This document shows positions 10,663 to 21,281 of a stretch of 57,829 bases of DNA, in pieces (position 1 is the stretch's first letter; the number at the start of each line of letters is the position of its first letter). A model generated the notes under the pieces. That model was not told the DNA's origin, searched no databases, and saw only the letters and a program-made list of their open reading frames with translations. The stretch is from a virus (taxonomy: Duplodnaviria; Heunggongvirae; Uroviricota; Caudoviricetes): the IMG/VR virus record IMGVR_UViG_2822641076_000001, positions 1-57,829 of that record. The stretch is one strand, 5' to 3'. The translations under genes were made by a program, and so were the position numbers.

Positions 10663-11415
10663 TTACTCTTCAACCACGCTTGACCAATGCTGTAAATTCT
10701 TAATCTCAGCACCTTGAGTCATTGCTAGAATTGAAGTGTCATAACCATCAATAAGTTGTAATCTCTCATACTCGTCATATAGTTGTACAAGAGTTAAATC
10801 CCAAATATTAAACTTTGAGATTGTGTTAGATTTTGTGCTTACTGCACTTACGATTGAATAGAAATCAATATTCTGTGACGATTGATTTTCTTTTCTTTTG
10901 ACTTCCTCTACCTTTTTCTTCCCTTTGTTAAGCTTCTCTAAAATCTTTCTTGTCTTCTCATCGACAGGATTCTCATTAGTCTGTTTGACAGTTTCATCTT
11001 GAATCATATTCTGTTGTTTTAATATCAGGATAGATTCATTGAATGCGCTTTTATCAATGAGCAAGCCTTCTTCAAAAGCAATAGTATGAGTCTCTAAGTC
11101 GATAGCCATGTATGAAGCATTGAAAAAGTACTCTAAAGCTTCTATGTATGTAGCTTGAAACTCGTTCTCTTCCTGTGAACCAAGGATAATCTCATAGATT
11201 GTAAAATCTTTAAATTCATGCAAAGCTTCACTTTCTATCAAATCCTCTTTAGTAATCAGCAATGTTCTCAATAAAGACATATGGTTCAAATACCCTCTTC
11301 GCACTATTTCTCTAAGAGTTTTAGGCTTGAGGAGAGCGTTTCCTACATAAAATCCATCACCCATAAGGCGTCTTAACTTATCATCAAATGGATTCCTAGA
11401 TTTCGTTTGCAACAA
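10663..11415 (-). CDS. Conserved tail-module protein
   Basis: 250-aa ORF overlapping its neighbours in the morphogenesis operon. Confidence 0.6.
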   Translation of the reverse strand: MLQTKSRNPFDDKLRRLMGDGFYVGNALLKPKTLREIVRRGYLNHMSLLRTLLITKEDLIESEALHEFKDFTIYEIILGSQEENEFQATYIEALEYFFNASYMAIDLETHTIAFEEGLLIDKSAFNESILILKQQNMIQDETVKQTNENPVDEKTRKILEKLNKGKKKVEEVKRKENQSSQNIDFYSIVSAVSTKSNTISKFNIWDLTLVQLYDEYERLQLIDGYDTSILAMTQGAEIKNLQHWSSVVEE

Positions 11416-11914
11416 AGTCTGTTACCTCAGCAAATAATCTGATTCCCGAAAATTTCTCATTAACCATTAGATGGGCAAATTCTATGAAGTGAAGTCTACC
11501 TACACCAGTAATACTTTTATCTCTGAAATGCTTCATAATCTCATCAGCGATGTCATACGGTCTCAATGATGGTTTCCCATCATTAATCAGCCATAGCGAT
11601 TTAGCGATGATGATATCAAATACCACCAACGAATCACGTACAACTGTGTCTGTATTCATTTCACCACTGTAGTAGAAGACACGGACTTGAGAACCTTCTT
11701 GAAGAGTAGAATCTACATCAAAAGGAAAAGGGAATACTTTCGTCATAATAAGTTTCGTGCAATCGTACTTTTCACTGTCAACAAAGCTTTTACAAGTCAA
11801 AGGGTTGGAAACGTTGTTCTCTAGGTATTTCGCTAGTGTCTTGTTATCTCTAACTAGACCGTCAATGATTCCAATTAGGTTCGTAGATAATCTGTTTTTC
11901 ATCAATTCCACCAA
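11396..11914 (-). CDS. Putative tail terminator / neck protein
   Basis: 172 aa, RBS AGGAGG, position between head closure and tail tube genes. Confidence 0.5.
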   Translation of the reverse strand: MVELMKNRLSTNLIGIIDGLVRDNKTLAKYLENNVSNPLTCKSFVDSEKYDCTKLIMTKVFPFPFDVDSTLQEGSQVRVFYYSGEMNTDTVVRDSLVVFDIIIAKSLWLINDGKPSLRPYDIADEIMKHFRDKSITGVGRLHFIEFAHLMVNEKFSGIRLFAEVTDFVANEI

Positions 11915-12570
11915 CCTCCTTTATTTTCATCTTGCTCTTTGTTTTCTGTCTCTTTATCGGGTGCATTAACAACAATGTCTAAAGTATACTTACAAAGCCC
12001 GACACCCTCGATTGTATGGGTAATGTTATCCATACCCGAAATCTCGTATCTCTGACCTTGGATGACGAATGTATCGTCAATCTGTAATGTTTTTGTATCG
12101 TCATTAATTTGCATATAAGCGAACATACCACCCTTTGGTACGTCCATATCCATTTTGGTTTTTGCTTCGATATCATACATATCGAGCGTGTAGTACACTT
12201 GTACTTTTGCAGGTTGCTTGTACTTAATACCATTCTTTTCCCATTCGAGGTCATAGTTAGCTCTCTTCAATAATGCTTTAGGTAGGATACCAACCTTTTG
12301 CGTATTGAAGATAAGCCAAGTAGAATTATCATTAAGTTCAACGACACCACCAAGAGGTAGTTTCGTATTAGGGAGAAACAGTGCTTCCAAATCTTCAATC
12401 CTATTACCTTTGGCTACACGAGCTTGATACTCTTCGCCATCAATATGTATCATTTGAGCATTTGAACTCTCCATCAACTTCCTATAATAGAAGTCATCGG
12501 CATTTGTTCTTAATCTTCTACCGAATGGTTCACCTGCACGTCTTTTGTATCTCTCAAAGTAATCGCTCAT
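11902..12570 (-). CDS. Putative head-closure / head-tail joining protein
   Basis: Beta-rich 222-aa ORF in the neck-gene position. Confidence 0.5.
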   Translation of the reverse strand: MSDYFERYKRRAGEPFGRRLRTNADDFYYRKLMESSNAQMIHIDGEEYQARVAKGNRIEDLEALFLPNTKLPLGGVVELNDNSTWLIFNTQKVGILPKALLKRANYDLEWEKNGIKYKQPAKVQVYYTLDMYDIEAKTKMDMDVPKGGMFAYMQINDDTKTLQIDDTFVIQGQRYEISGMDNITHTIEGVGLCKYTLDIVVNAPDKETENKEQDENKGGWWN

Positions 12571-12572
12571 TT

Positions 12573-12899
12573 TTACTCACCGCTTTGCATTGCGACTTCA
12601 CGTATTTTCTTAATAAGACCAATACATTTGAATACTTCACGTTTGATTTCACGGTGAGAAATAACATCCTCTTTGATATAAATCTCTAGAGCTTTTAAAG
12701 TAGAAACTAACGTAACGTACTCTGCACTCATGCGAAGTTTATCAATCACACGATGTAAACCAAATACCTCAATAACTAGTGATTCGATGTTAGATGTTAG
12801 TCCGACATTTTTCTCTTCATATAGAGGGAGTATTTTATAAGTCTTATCAATCAACGATTCGCAATACGAGATGAATACTGGGTCTTTAACATCAATCAT
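12573..12899 (-). CDS. Hypothetical virion-module protein
   Basis: 108 aa, translationally coupled to both neighbours. Confidence 0.6.
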   Translation of the reverse strand: MIDVKDPVFISYCESLIDKTYKILPLYEEKNVGLTSNIESLVIEVFGLHRVIDKLRMSAEYVTLVSTLKALEIYIKEDVISHREIKREVFKCIGLIKKIREVAMQSGE

Positions 12900-13315
12900 T
12901 TCGCCTTGTCCTCCGTATTTCTGATAGCGTAACTGTTCATAGCAGTCTGCACACGTCTTTCGATTTGCTTAGATAATTCCATAACTAGTTTTAAATGATT
13001 CGCTTGTGACGTCATTCGGATGTCTTTATCGGTCAAGGCTTGGATGATAAGCTCATCTGTAGCCATTTTTGGCTTTAGAAATTCGAGTACCATCAACGTT
13101 GCCAAGATATCTTTTTCTTTCATCGTTAACTTCTCATTGAATCCTTCATCTGTCATGTCTTCTAAGTCTTTTGTGCATACTATAAAATTGCTAATCGCTA
13201 AATCTAAGTAGTCTTTTAAATCTTCCTCTAATTCTTCTTTTGTCAGCTTCGCAAAATCATAGCTATCAATTTTACCTAAAAATAGTTTGTAAATCTCTGA
13301 GAATGGGGTTGCCAT
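12896..13315 (-). CDS. Putative head-tail adaptor
   Basis: 139-aa helical protein (MATPFSEIYKLFL...) two genes after the capsid gene. Confidence 0.55.
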   Translation of the reverse strand: MATPFSEIYKLFLGKIDSYDFAKLTKEELEEDLKDYLDLAISNFIVCTKDLEDMTDEGFNEKLTMKEKDILATLMVLEFLKPKMATDELIIQALTDKDIRMTSQANHLKLVMELSKQIERRVQTAMNSYAIRNTEDKAK

Positions 13316-13328
13316 ATGTGTTCACCCC

Positions 13329-13973
13329 TTACTGAATTGTGTCGATGTCAATCGTGATACCTAAAGTGTCTTGAATCGCTTTAATCTTATAGATATCCTT
13401 TAATTCACCGCTTTCAAACTTTCGTGTTGACATGCCTGCGATTAATTGCGCCATACCAAGTGGAGCTTTCTTCATAATCTCAACCATTTCTTTAACATCT
13501 AGCTCAAAGAACTCTTCTAATTGCTTTTCATTTAAAACATGCTTGTACAACTCTGAATATCCTAAGTAGTCAACAACTTCATCGTCTAACATAATGAACC
13601 AGTTATCTCGTAAATATCGTGGGAATTGGTTCTTAATTGTGATTAATTCTCCGACACTCATCTCATTGGTTTGTCCATAATCAGTGAACGCCCAAGTCTC
13701 ACCAGTTTTAGAAGATGTATATTCAACGTGTCCCATAGTTCCATTCATGATAGTAATCATGCGTTCACGGTCAATCTGTCGCTTCTTCGGAGTTGAACCT
13801 CTCTTAATATCTCTTTCGATTTCTGCCATCTCTGCTTGTGATTCTTGGATAGCCTTAATTAATTTTGGTATTGTGAGAGATTTAACATCTGATTCTTCAT
13901 AACCAAACTCATCAACCATAAACTGTACGAGTTCAGCTTTTTTCATAGTTTTTAACTCTGTAAGTTCTTTCAT
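13329..13973 (-). CDS. Conserved protein following the major capsid gene
   Basis: Start moved to MKELTE after GGGGAAAGGA. N-terminal LeM/Rho-N-like helix pair (MKKAELVQF). Confidence 0.6.
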   Translation of the reverse strand: MKELTELKTMKKAELVQFMVDEFGYEESDVKSLTIPKLIKAIQESQAEMAEIERDIKRGSTPKKRQIDRERMITIMNGTMGHVEYTSSKTGETWAFTDYGQTNEMSVGELITIKNQFPRYLRDNWFIMLDDEVVDYLGYSELYKHVLNEKQLEEFFELDVKEMVEIMKKAPLGMAQLIAGMSTRKFESGELKDIYKIKAIQDTLGITIDIDTIQ

Positions 13974-14006
13974 AAATCCTTTCCCCTTTTGCCTCATAAG
14001 TCTGTA

Positions 14007-14043
14007 AAATAAAACTACGCCCAACTATTAGCTGAGCGTAGCG
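14007..14043 (-). terminator. Intrinsic terminator after the major capsid gene
   Basis: Minus strand CTACGCTCAGCTAATAGTTGGGCGTAG followed by TTTTATTTT. Confidence 0.7.
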
Positions 14044-14057
14044 TGCCAATCTTTAGA

Positions 14058-15038
14058 TTAAGCTAGACGGTAGATACCGTAGTGTGTAGAACTCATTACT
14101 GAGATACCTTGCTTCATGATGAAGTCGTACTCAGCAGTTTGGTCAGCATTTTTACCTGCTTCTGTTTCCATGATGATTGCTTCACCTTCGTTAACGATTT
14201 TAACGAACTTGTCAATGCTTGTAGGAACAATCATTAAGAAGTTGTCATCAATCGCAAACTCGTGAGTACCGATTTTGTGAGATTGTGGAATTTCACGTAA
14301 TTCGATACCTGCGATACGACCGAAGAAGCCAGTTGCATTGAACTCATCTTTCATGCGGTCAGATAGTAAAGCAGGAGAAATCTTGCTTAATGCTTTCTTA
14401 GTACCTAATACAATAGCTTGAGAGTCAGTAGCAGTTTCAACGTGAGAAACGATGTCTGTTAATGTATCTAACTCGAAGCTACCGCTACGTTGGTAAGGTG
14501 CTTTTAATTGGTCGTAAGAGTTGTAAACAGCCTCATACACATCGTTACGTAATTTAACTACGAATGATTTAGAGATTGAGTTAACTAATTCGCTCCAATC
14601 TACACGTCCTGCTAAGAAACGGTGAAGTTCTTCGTACACTTTAACTTGGTAAGTTACTGGTGTAACTGTGAACTCGCTGTCGTCAATTAAGCGTTGACGT
14701 CTGTGGTTGCCGTGACCGTCAGCAGTTGTACTAATTTTGAACATGTGGTTAGAAGGCACTTTGAATACGTTAGTATCTCCCATTTTTAAGTTACGGATTT
14801 CAGCGAAACCTGAGAATTGCTCTTCTAATCCTTCACTTACTAGTACTTCTAAAGTTTCTTCGATTAATTCGAAAAGGTCATTCTTGTTTTTACGGAATTT
14901 CTTATAGCTAAATTTGCCATCTTCACATCCGATTTTCTCAAGCATTTCCTTTCGTAATACTTCTTGTGCTTCTGTTGCCGTGTAGTTAGACACACGGTTA
15001 TGGTATAAATCAATACCTAATTTTACAATTGCATTCAT
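14058..15038 (-). CDS. Major capsid protein (SPbeta YonB-like)
   Basis: 326 aa, strong RBS, follows the decoration and protease genes, followed by a terminator. Confidence 0.85.
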   Translation of the reverse strand: MNAIVKLGIDLYHNRVSNYTATEAQEVLRKEMLEKIGCEDGKFSYKKFRKNKNDLFELIEETLEVLVSEGLEEQFSGFAEIRNLKMGDTNVFKVPSNHMFKISTTADGHGNHRRQRLIDDSEFTVTPVTYQVKVYEELHRFLAGRVDWSELVNSISKSFVVKLRNDVYEAVYNSYDQLKAPYQRSGSFELDTLTDIVSHVETATDSQAIVLGTKKALSKISPALLSDRMKDEFNATGFFGRIAGIELREIPQSHKIGTHEFAIDDNFLMIVPTSIDKFVKIVNEGEAIIMETEAGKNADQTAEYDFIMKQGISVMSSTHYGIYRLA

Positions 15039-15098
15039 TATTATTTTTTCCTCCTAATAATTAATTTACATTATTTTTTACACTTGTAGTGCTAGTGA

Positions 15099-15587
15099 TT
15101 AAGCACGTTTTACTTTTAGTACTAAAGCCTCTCCGTCGATTACATCTAAGCTATCTTCTTCGATTACTTCAAATACTAGAGTTGACTTAGCTTCTTTACC
15201 TGCTTTTGTTAACTTCATAGAACCATCTACAGCAGGGATTACTTCGTCGCCTACTTTAACAGCACCAACGAATAAGTCTTTAGTTAATGTGATTACATCA
15301 CCTTTAGACATGCGGTAAGCTCGTGCAGGTTGGTTTGCAGGAATGCGGAAATCACGTAGACGATATTTACGCTCGTCGTACATCACCTCAGGTGCGTGGA
15401 TTAATAGAACATCCTCTGTTGCGATATTTTCAGCAGTTGGAACTACAACTTCATGTACCTCACGGCTGTCAGCAACTTTCTTTCCTAATACTGTGAATAA
15501 ACCATTTGTCATTTCTTTAGTGTGAACAACAGACTCTAAGTTACCGTTGTAACCACTAAGTACCTTATCTTTTCTTACAATTGCCAT
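15099..15587 (-). CDS. Capsid decoration/cement protein (YonC-like)
   Basis: 162 aa between scaffold and capsid genes, strong RBS. Confidence 0.65.
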   Translation of the reverse strand: MAIVRKDKVLSGYNGNLESVVHTKEMTNGLFTVLGKKVADSREVHEVVVPTAENIATEDVLLIHAPEVMYDERKYRLRDFRIPANQPARAYRMSKGDVITLTKDLFVGAVKVGDEVIPAVDGSMKLTKAGKEAKSTLVFEVIEEDSLDVIDGEALVLKVKRA

Positions 15588-15631
15588 GTAATTTTTCCTC
15601 CTATTATTTTCATTATTTATTACATCTGTAA

Positions 15632-17005
15632 TTATTTAGATAAATGCTTATCGAACAATCCACCATAAGCAGATTTTGATTCGTTAGCATCTTCTTCTTT
15701 GCTAAACTCTAAAGTCACAATCGACTTATCTTTACGAGTCTTATTTTGTAATGAGAATTTGGCTAATTTCTTACCAACTCGCTCATACAGCTTAGATTGA
15801 ATTTGTTCTAGAGAATACTCATGAACACTATCAATTAAGTCTTGAATATCACCTTGCTCTAAACTAGCGAACTCTTCATTTTTAATTAGTTCTTTAACAC
15901 TAGCCTCGTGCTTTTCTCGTAATACATTCGCTTTGAAAGTCTCTAATTCAGTATTAGAAGTTAGTAAATTGTCACGCTCTGTGGTAACTCGCTCTAATTC
16001 GGCTTGTGCTTCTGTGTAGAGAGCTTGGTAATCTACTTCTTGAACTTCCTCAACAACTTCTCCTGTAACAACTTCCTCTGCTACAGGCTCAACAGTTTCT
16101 TCAATAGTTTCTTGTACTTCAACTACTGTTTCTTCTGCTTCAACCTCAGCAACTTCCTCAGTTTCAGTTTCAGCTTCTTGAGTTTCTTCAACTACTTCTT
16201 CTTGTACTTCTTCAACGACTTCAACTGCTTCAACAGTCTCCTCAGTAACTTCTTCTGTAGTTACTTCCTCAACAACCGTTTCCTCAGCAGTTTCGCAAAT
16301 GCATTCTACTTGAGTGCATTTTTCACACTTCACTTCTGACACCTCCGTTTCCTCAGACTCAGGTTTCAATGAGAACTTTAACTCGCCTAACATTTCAGCT
16401 AGCTCGTCCTTAAATCTATCTCGGTCTAAGCTGTAAGCTTTAATATCAGCAGATTCGAAGCATGGTCGAACATCATCACCAAGGATGCATAATGCTTGGA
16501 AGTTGAAATTAGTGATGTCATACATATCTTTTTCAGATACATAGTTTCCATCTTTAATATCAATCTCCATTGATTGACCTTTTCCTTCATCTACTACTTT
16601 CTTTGCTTCGGGATAACGTCCCGTCCATAGATAGATACCTTCGATACATAAGTAATCGTTCTTCTTACCGTTCTTTTCCTCTACTTCTTCCCAGTAAACC
16701 TTTGCTGATTCGGGAACAACACCATAAGGAACAGTCGTCTGAACCATTCTGTAATCATCTTCTGTAATCTCGATTTTTCCTCCATGACCTTTGAAATCTT
16801 CTTTCTCAGTGGAGAACTCACCAACTACAGGAATGTTATAAATGGAAGGTAGTGCTTTCTCTACGGCATCTTTATTGATAATAGTTTTGTTAAAATTATC
16901 ACCCGTGTACATTACACGACATTTTGCTCTAGAGAACTGTGGGTTGACTTCTTCAACCTCGTAGAATTTTGCGTTAAATTCCATACGTTTAATCGTCTTT
17001 GTCAT
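15632..17005 (-). CDS. Prohead protease-scaffold fusion (YonD-like)
   Basis: N-terminal protease-like domain (SIYNIPVVG...KGQSMEI...ALCILGDDVRPCFESA) followed by an E/V/T-rich low-complexity scaffold. Start moved to MTKTIK after AAAGGAGGTG. Confidence 0.75.
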   Translation of the reverse strand: MTKTIKRMEFNAKFYEVEEVNPQFSRAKCRVMYTGDNFNKTIINKDAVEKALPSIYNIPVVGEFSTEKEDFKGHGGKIEITEDDYRMVQTTVPYGVVPESAKVYWEEVEEKNGKKNDYLCIEGIYLWTGRYPEAKKVVDEGKGQSMEIDIKDGNYVSEKDMYDITNFNFQALCILGDDVRPCFESADIKAYSLDRDRFKDELAEMLGELKFSLKPESEETEVSEVKCEKCTQVECICETAEETVVEEVTTEEVTEETVEAVEVVEEVQEEVVEETQEAETETEEVAEVEAEETVVEVQETIEETVEPVAEEVVTGEVVEEVQEVDYQALYTEAQAELERVTTERDNLLTSNTELETFKANVLREKHEASVKELIKNEEFASLEQGDIQDLIDSVHEYSLEQIQSKLYERVGKKLAKFSLQNKTRKDKSIVTLEFSKEEDANESKSAYGGLFDKHLSK

Positions 17006-17050
17006 CCATTCACCTCCTTTCAAGTGATTGAGTAAAATATGAATTTTATT

Positions 17051-18547
17051 CTATTTCTTGAACTCGTTCGCTTCTCGCTCTTTGCTCTTCTCTGCTGACT
17101 CAGTTAGGTCACTACCTTCTTTCTCAGGTCGTCCACCTTTATCTGAGGCGTCATTTGCAGATTGAGTATGGCTACTAATTAACGGAACAAGTTTTTCATC
17201 AAGATTTAGGACTTCATTCTCTAACCATGCCATTGTTAATAATGAACTTGGATTTAGTCCTAATGTACTTGCGATAACATTTCTTAGTGGCATACCATAT
17301 TGTCCACCCATTAATGCTTTATCAAATACATCGTCTTTGTTGTAATGAGTGATATCTAATAGAGTGATTTTCATATTCTTAGCTCTGTTTTTGAGCTTCC
17401 TATTAATCCATCTCTCTACTTGTCTTAGGAAGGCAAATGCAATCATTTCATCCGTCTTAACCGACTTATCCAACGCACCCGATGTCATCTTATCTGCACC
17501 GAATAACGTCTGTGGAACACCACTTGTATTCCAAAAGCCTGTTTCTGTTTTAGAAACCTTGTCGATATCCATCTTCTCATTGTCAAACTTAAATTCATCT
17601 ACTTCCATCGGAGTAGTGATTACTCCAACCTGCTCAGGAACAACCTGTGAAATCTGATTGTGGAACAGCATCATTGTGTCGTAATCAATAGCGAAGTCAT
17701 TGTTTAACTCACTATCTTTTCGGATAGGAAGTTTCTGTACTAAGATTTTGTAGTTTCCTAGTTCATCCTTCGTATCACGAAGTTTCTTAGCAACATCAAT
17801 GTCGTAAACGCTTTCAAAAGTAGAAGCGAATGGAGGCATAACAAACTCCAAATCTTCGTTAGCCTTAATACAAATCGTTTGATATGTATCTAACTTTTGC
17901 CATCGTAGATTCTTCTTATCTTTCGTATAAGCAACATACTTCTCACGGAACTCATTCGGATATAATCGAATAACCTTCTTTCTACTATCAAAGTAAGAGA
18001 AGTCGAAAGCGAATGAATAACATCCGTCTTCAATAGCAATAATCTTGCAATACTTCGGATTCAACTTTTGAATGTAATAAGAGTCGCCTATTTCGTGTTC
18101 GTATCCATAGAATACGTCCTCTCTGAAACACGTCTTGGCAATCTTAGCCATCTCATGTCGGATATTCATATTAGAAAGGATTCTAAGAGCTTTATTGTAG
18201 TTCTTCATAATCTTGTCTTTCTGTGAATCAAGCTTGTCCACATCAATGCCATATGGCTCTACAACATATGTCCATAGTGGTAACTGTGAGAAGTAATCAA
18301 TTAATCTCTTATACGGTGAACTAAACGTGTATAAGTAACGTGATACCTCAATTAACTTGTCTTCATTCTTATCAGGGTTTTCAATCCATCTACGAATATC
18401 ATCCTTAGTAAAGTTAAGTGATTTAGTTCTAGAACTCTCATTAATATCAATGTATTGTTCTACTAACTTAGCAAAGTTAATAGATTTCGTATCCATTGCA
18501 CTAAATCTCTGATTCTTTTCATTTAAGTTGGGACTCTTTCTTTTCAC
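17051..18547 (-). CDS. Portal protein (YonE-like)
   Basis: 498 aa between TerL and the protease, with a C-terminal GGRP motif typical of portals. Confidence 0.8.
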   Translation of the reverse strand: MKRKSPNLNEKNQRFSAMDTKSINFAKLVEQYIDINESSRTKSLNFTKDDIRRWIENPDKNEDKLIEVSRYLYTFSSPYKRLIDYFSQLPLWTYVVEPYGIDVDKLDSQKDKIMKNYNKALRILSNMNIRHEMAKIAKTCFREDVFYGYEHEIGDSYYIQKLNPKYCKIIAIEDGCYSFAFDFSYFDSRKKVIRLYPNEFREKYVAYTKDKKNLRWQKLDTYQTICIKANEDLEFVMPPFASTFESVYDIDVAKKLRDTKDELGNYKILVQKLPIRKDSELNNDFAIDYDTMMLFHNQISQVVPEQVGVITTPMEVDEFKFDNEKMDIDKVSKTETGFWNTSGVPQTLFGADKMTSGALDKSVKTDEMIAFAFLRQVERWINRKLKNRAKNMKITLLDITHYNKDDVFDKALMGGQYGMPLRNVIASTLGLNPSSLLTMAWLENEVLNLDEKLVPLISSHTQSANDASDKGGRPEKEGSDLTESAEKSKEREANEFKK

Positions 18548-18558
18548 ACATCCACCTC

Positions 18559-20316
18559 CTATCTATGCAATTTGTATTTTGGTGCTTTGAACGCAAACAT
18601 CTTCGAAATGTCAGTGATTGTCTCTCTTTGTCTCGATTTATTTTTACGTTCCAATAAGTGAATGTAGAATAATCCATATTCCATCGCTGAGAATTTATCC
18701 TTGTTGATTTTCTTTGAAATCTGCTTAACAATCGTGTTATTACCCGACTGTGAATACTCAAGGTTCATAATTTCATCAGCTAATCTGTCTGTCATAACGA
18801 ATGGTAGTAATTGTTTAGCTACCTGCACTGAATCGCTCTTCTTATGAATATCTAATCGAGCTTGTGATTCAGTGTGTGGAATTTTAATATCATGGTTCGC
18901 AATAGAGTTCATGAATACGTTGTGAATGTCACTCGACTTTGTATCTTTGTTTGTAGATTTCAAAGCAAACACCATTGGAATACTGTTCTGACGCTTAAAT
19001 CGGTCATAACGTTCATCGTTAACAACTGAATAAGGTGGGTTTTCATCAATCTCCAATACTAATTGGTCAATTAAACCAGTACCTAAACCGTTGGCATCGA
19101 CTACTACCATTGATGCTTTGTATTCATTTACTTTCTTCTTGAGGAACAATGCTTGCTCTAAGAAGTGCGTTCCTTCCATGCTAAATACGTTTACTAAGTG
19201 TTTGATATATGTACCATCACCACGAGGGGTTATTTTAAATACACATAATGCAGATGTTGCATTGGCATTACCCTCAGAACGGGCAACGTCATAGCTCAGA
19301 ATGTACTCTGCTGACCTATCCATATTGCGGTACTCTGCTTTAGTTAACGTTCTACATTTTTGTAAATCTTCAATTGTAACTAGTGAGTTATCACTAGTAC
19401 CTGTCCATATAGATTCGTATTCTCGTGCGAATGACATAGGATTGAATGTAGGCTGTAGTTTTAAGCTCTGAATGAACTCTTCATCTAACTGACCATATAA
19501 GCAACCTAATCTGTATCCTGCACCAAGTACGAATGATTTTCCGTAATTTAAGTTACTTGGATTCACCATTTCATCTATTACTTCTTGTAGTTTTTCATAA
19601 GCGAAGCTTTGCTTTGTACCACTCGTTGTAATATAGAACTGGAATTTATGTGGTTCATTTGGGTCTTTACCACCGCATGTTGCAATACGGTCATTCGCCA
19701 TCATCGGAATTACCACTTCGTTAAGGACATCTTTCTTCATCGAATCATCGACAATCTCCTCAACTGCTCCACCGTTACGACGACCACCACGAGAACTCTG
19801 TGCTACTTGTACTACGTCTAGTGATGAGCCATTATGGAAAATAAGCTTCGTATAGTCATTTTGGAAGATGGTTTGCTTTACTTCCTTCTGTAGTAGAGGT
19901 AAGTGTTCCCAAATCCGCTCAATGTTCTCTTTCGCAATGTTTGACGCCTGTTGTTTCGTTGGTGCGGCGATAAACAAGTGCGTATCAGGGTACATTATGC
20001 ATTTCAGATACATCGCTAAAATCTGTGTGTATGATTTTGCAGAACCACGGGTTAAAACGAAATAAACCTTCTGATAGCGGAATAGGATTCTAAGCATTAT
20101 TCTTTGGTAGAAATAAAGCTTCACCTTGCTATTAGGAGGTCTAATGTGGTCTACGAATCTATCAGGGTAGCTTCGCCAATATTCACACCACTTACGCCAA
20201 TCGGGTAAGGTCTCTTTGAATGATTTTACCGATGTTTGCTTCTTACTAGGGTCATTATCAGGAACACTCCTAGTTTCAAAGTTTAATTTCTTATTATTTG
20301 TCTTCTTAGAAGCCAC
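18559..20316 (-). CDS. terL: Terminase large subunit
   Basis: Walker A-like TRGSAKS, Walker B VEEIVD, motif III ITTSG, nuclease SYDVAR ... DANGLG ... DKFSA. Confidence 0.93.
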   Translation of the reverse strand: MASKKTNNKKLNFETRSVPDNDPSKKQTSVKSFKETLPDWRKWCEYWRSYPDRFVDHIRPPNSKVKLYFYQRIMLRILFRYQKVYFVLTRGSAKSYTQILAMYLKCIMYPDTHLFIAAPTKQQASNIAKENIERIWEHLPLLQKEVKQTIFQNDYTKLIFHNGSSLDVVQVAQSSRGGRRNGGAVEEIVDDSMKKDVLNEVVIPMMANDRIATCGGKDPNEPHKFQFYITTSGTKQSFAYEKLQEVIDEMVNPSNLNYGKSFVLGAGYRLGCLYGQLDEEFIQSLKLQPTFNPMSFAREYESIWTGTSDNSLVTIEDLQKCRTLTKAEYRNMDRSAEYILSYDVARSEGNANATSALCVFKITPRGDGTYIKHLVNVFSMEGTHFLEQALFLKKKVNEYKASMVVVDANGLGTGLIDQLVLEIDENPPYSVVNDERYDRFKRQNSIPMVFALKSTNKDTKSSDIHNVFMNSIANHDIKIPHTESQARLDIHKKSDSVQVAKQLLPFVMTDRLADEIMNLEYSQSGNNTIVKQISKKINKDKFSAMEYGLFYIHLLERKNKSRQRETITDISKMFAFKAPKYKLHR

Positions 20317-21210
20317 TTATTCCTCACCTTCCCTAAAATCATCGAGTTGTTTCTCGATATCAGGAGGGAGTTCAGTAAGTTGCTCCATACTGAATAAAGT
20401 TCTTGAATAATTTAATAGAATTAACAGTGTTTCATCTGCCAAATCCTTGTGTTCTGTGATTGGAGCAGGCTCAATAAATCCTTCACGTTCTACTTCTTCG
20501 AAAATCTGACTGAACGTTCGGATACCACTTGCTTCATCTGAACTCTTACGGTCTACTGGTCTGAAACCTGCTGACTTCATTGTTTCATCATAGGTCTTAG
20601 ACATCTTCGTATACTCTGTAACAGCTCCACGCTCAAGGAATTTATCTAATTCGATGTTCATCTTGGACAACTGAATTAACAATCGTCTATGCTGTGGAGT
20701 AGACATATCATAAGATTTCTCCATGTCTTTATAGAATTTCTCTAATACAAGTAATTCATAATCTGTGTACTTTAAGCCCCATTTGAGCTTGAGTTCATTT
20801 GTAATTTGGATACTATCATCCGAAATTACTACTTTAGGAGATTCCTGTGATATAACCTCTACATCCTCAAATGTGCTATCTTCATATGACATCTTCCTGT
20901 ATTGAGGAAGTGAATTAATATTTTTGATATACACTCCAATTGGATTAGTCGGTTCACTCTCCAATGTTGATTCCCATGTATCATGTAGATACGGTTTATC
21001 CATCTTCATTAGGATGGATTTTAAGCTTCCTACTAAGTCTCGTTCATCCACTAGAGAGAACAAACACCCTTTACACATGGAAACATATCCATCTGCAAAC
21101 AACGGACTCTGTGACTTATAGAAATTACGCAACGCCATCTCATTTGTACATTTAGAACAAACTTTTTTAGTGGGTTTATTAACCCCCTTTTTGACTGTGA
21201 CCTTCGCCAT
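20317..21210 (-). CDS. YonG-like Zn-finger protein, candidate terminase small subunit
   Basis: CxxC...CxxC motifs (CSKC, CKGC), directly upstream of terL. Start moved to MAKVTV. Confidence 0.55.
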   Translation of the reverse strand: MAKVTVKKGVNKPTKKVCSKCTNEMALRNFYKSQSPLFADGYVSMCKGCLFSLVDERDLVGSLKSILMKMDKPYLHDTWESTLESEPTNPIGVYIKNINSLPQYRKMSYEDSTFEDVEVISQESPKVVISDDSIQITNELKLKWGLKYTDYELLVLEKFYKDMEKSYDMSTPQHRRLLIQLSKMNIELDKFLERGAVTEYTKMSKTYDETMKSAGFRPVDRKSSDEASGIRTFSQIFEEVEREGFIEPAPITEHKDLADETLLILLNYSRTLFSMEQLTELPPDIEKQLDDFREGEE

Positions 21211-21239
21211 AGTTAATCTTCCTTTCCGTTTAAAAGCAT

Positions 21240-21270
21240 TAAAAAAGCACACGAGACAACCTCATGTACT
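21240..21270 (-). terminator. Intrinsic terminator after the phosphoesterase gene
   Basis: Minus strand AGTACATGAG-GTTGT-CTCGTGTGCT followed by TTTTTT. Confidence 0.6.
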
Positions 21271-21281
21271 TGAAAATACTT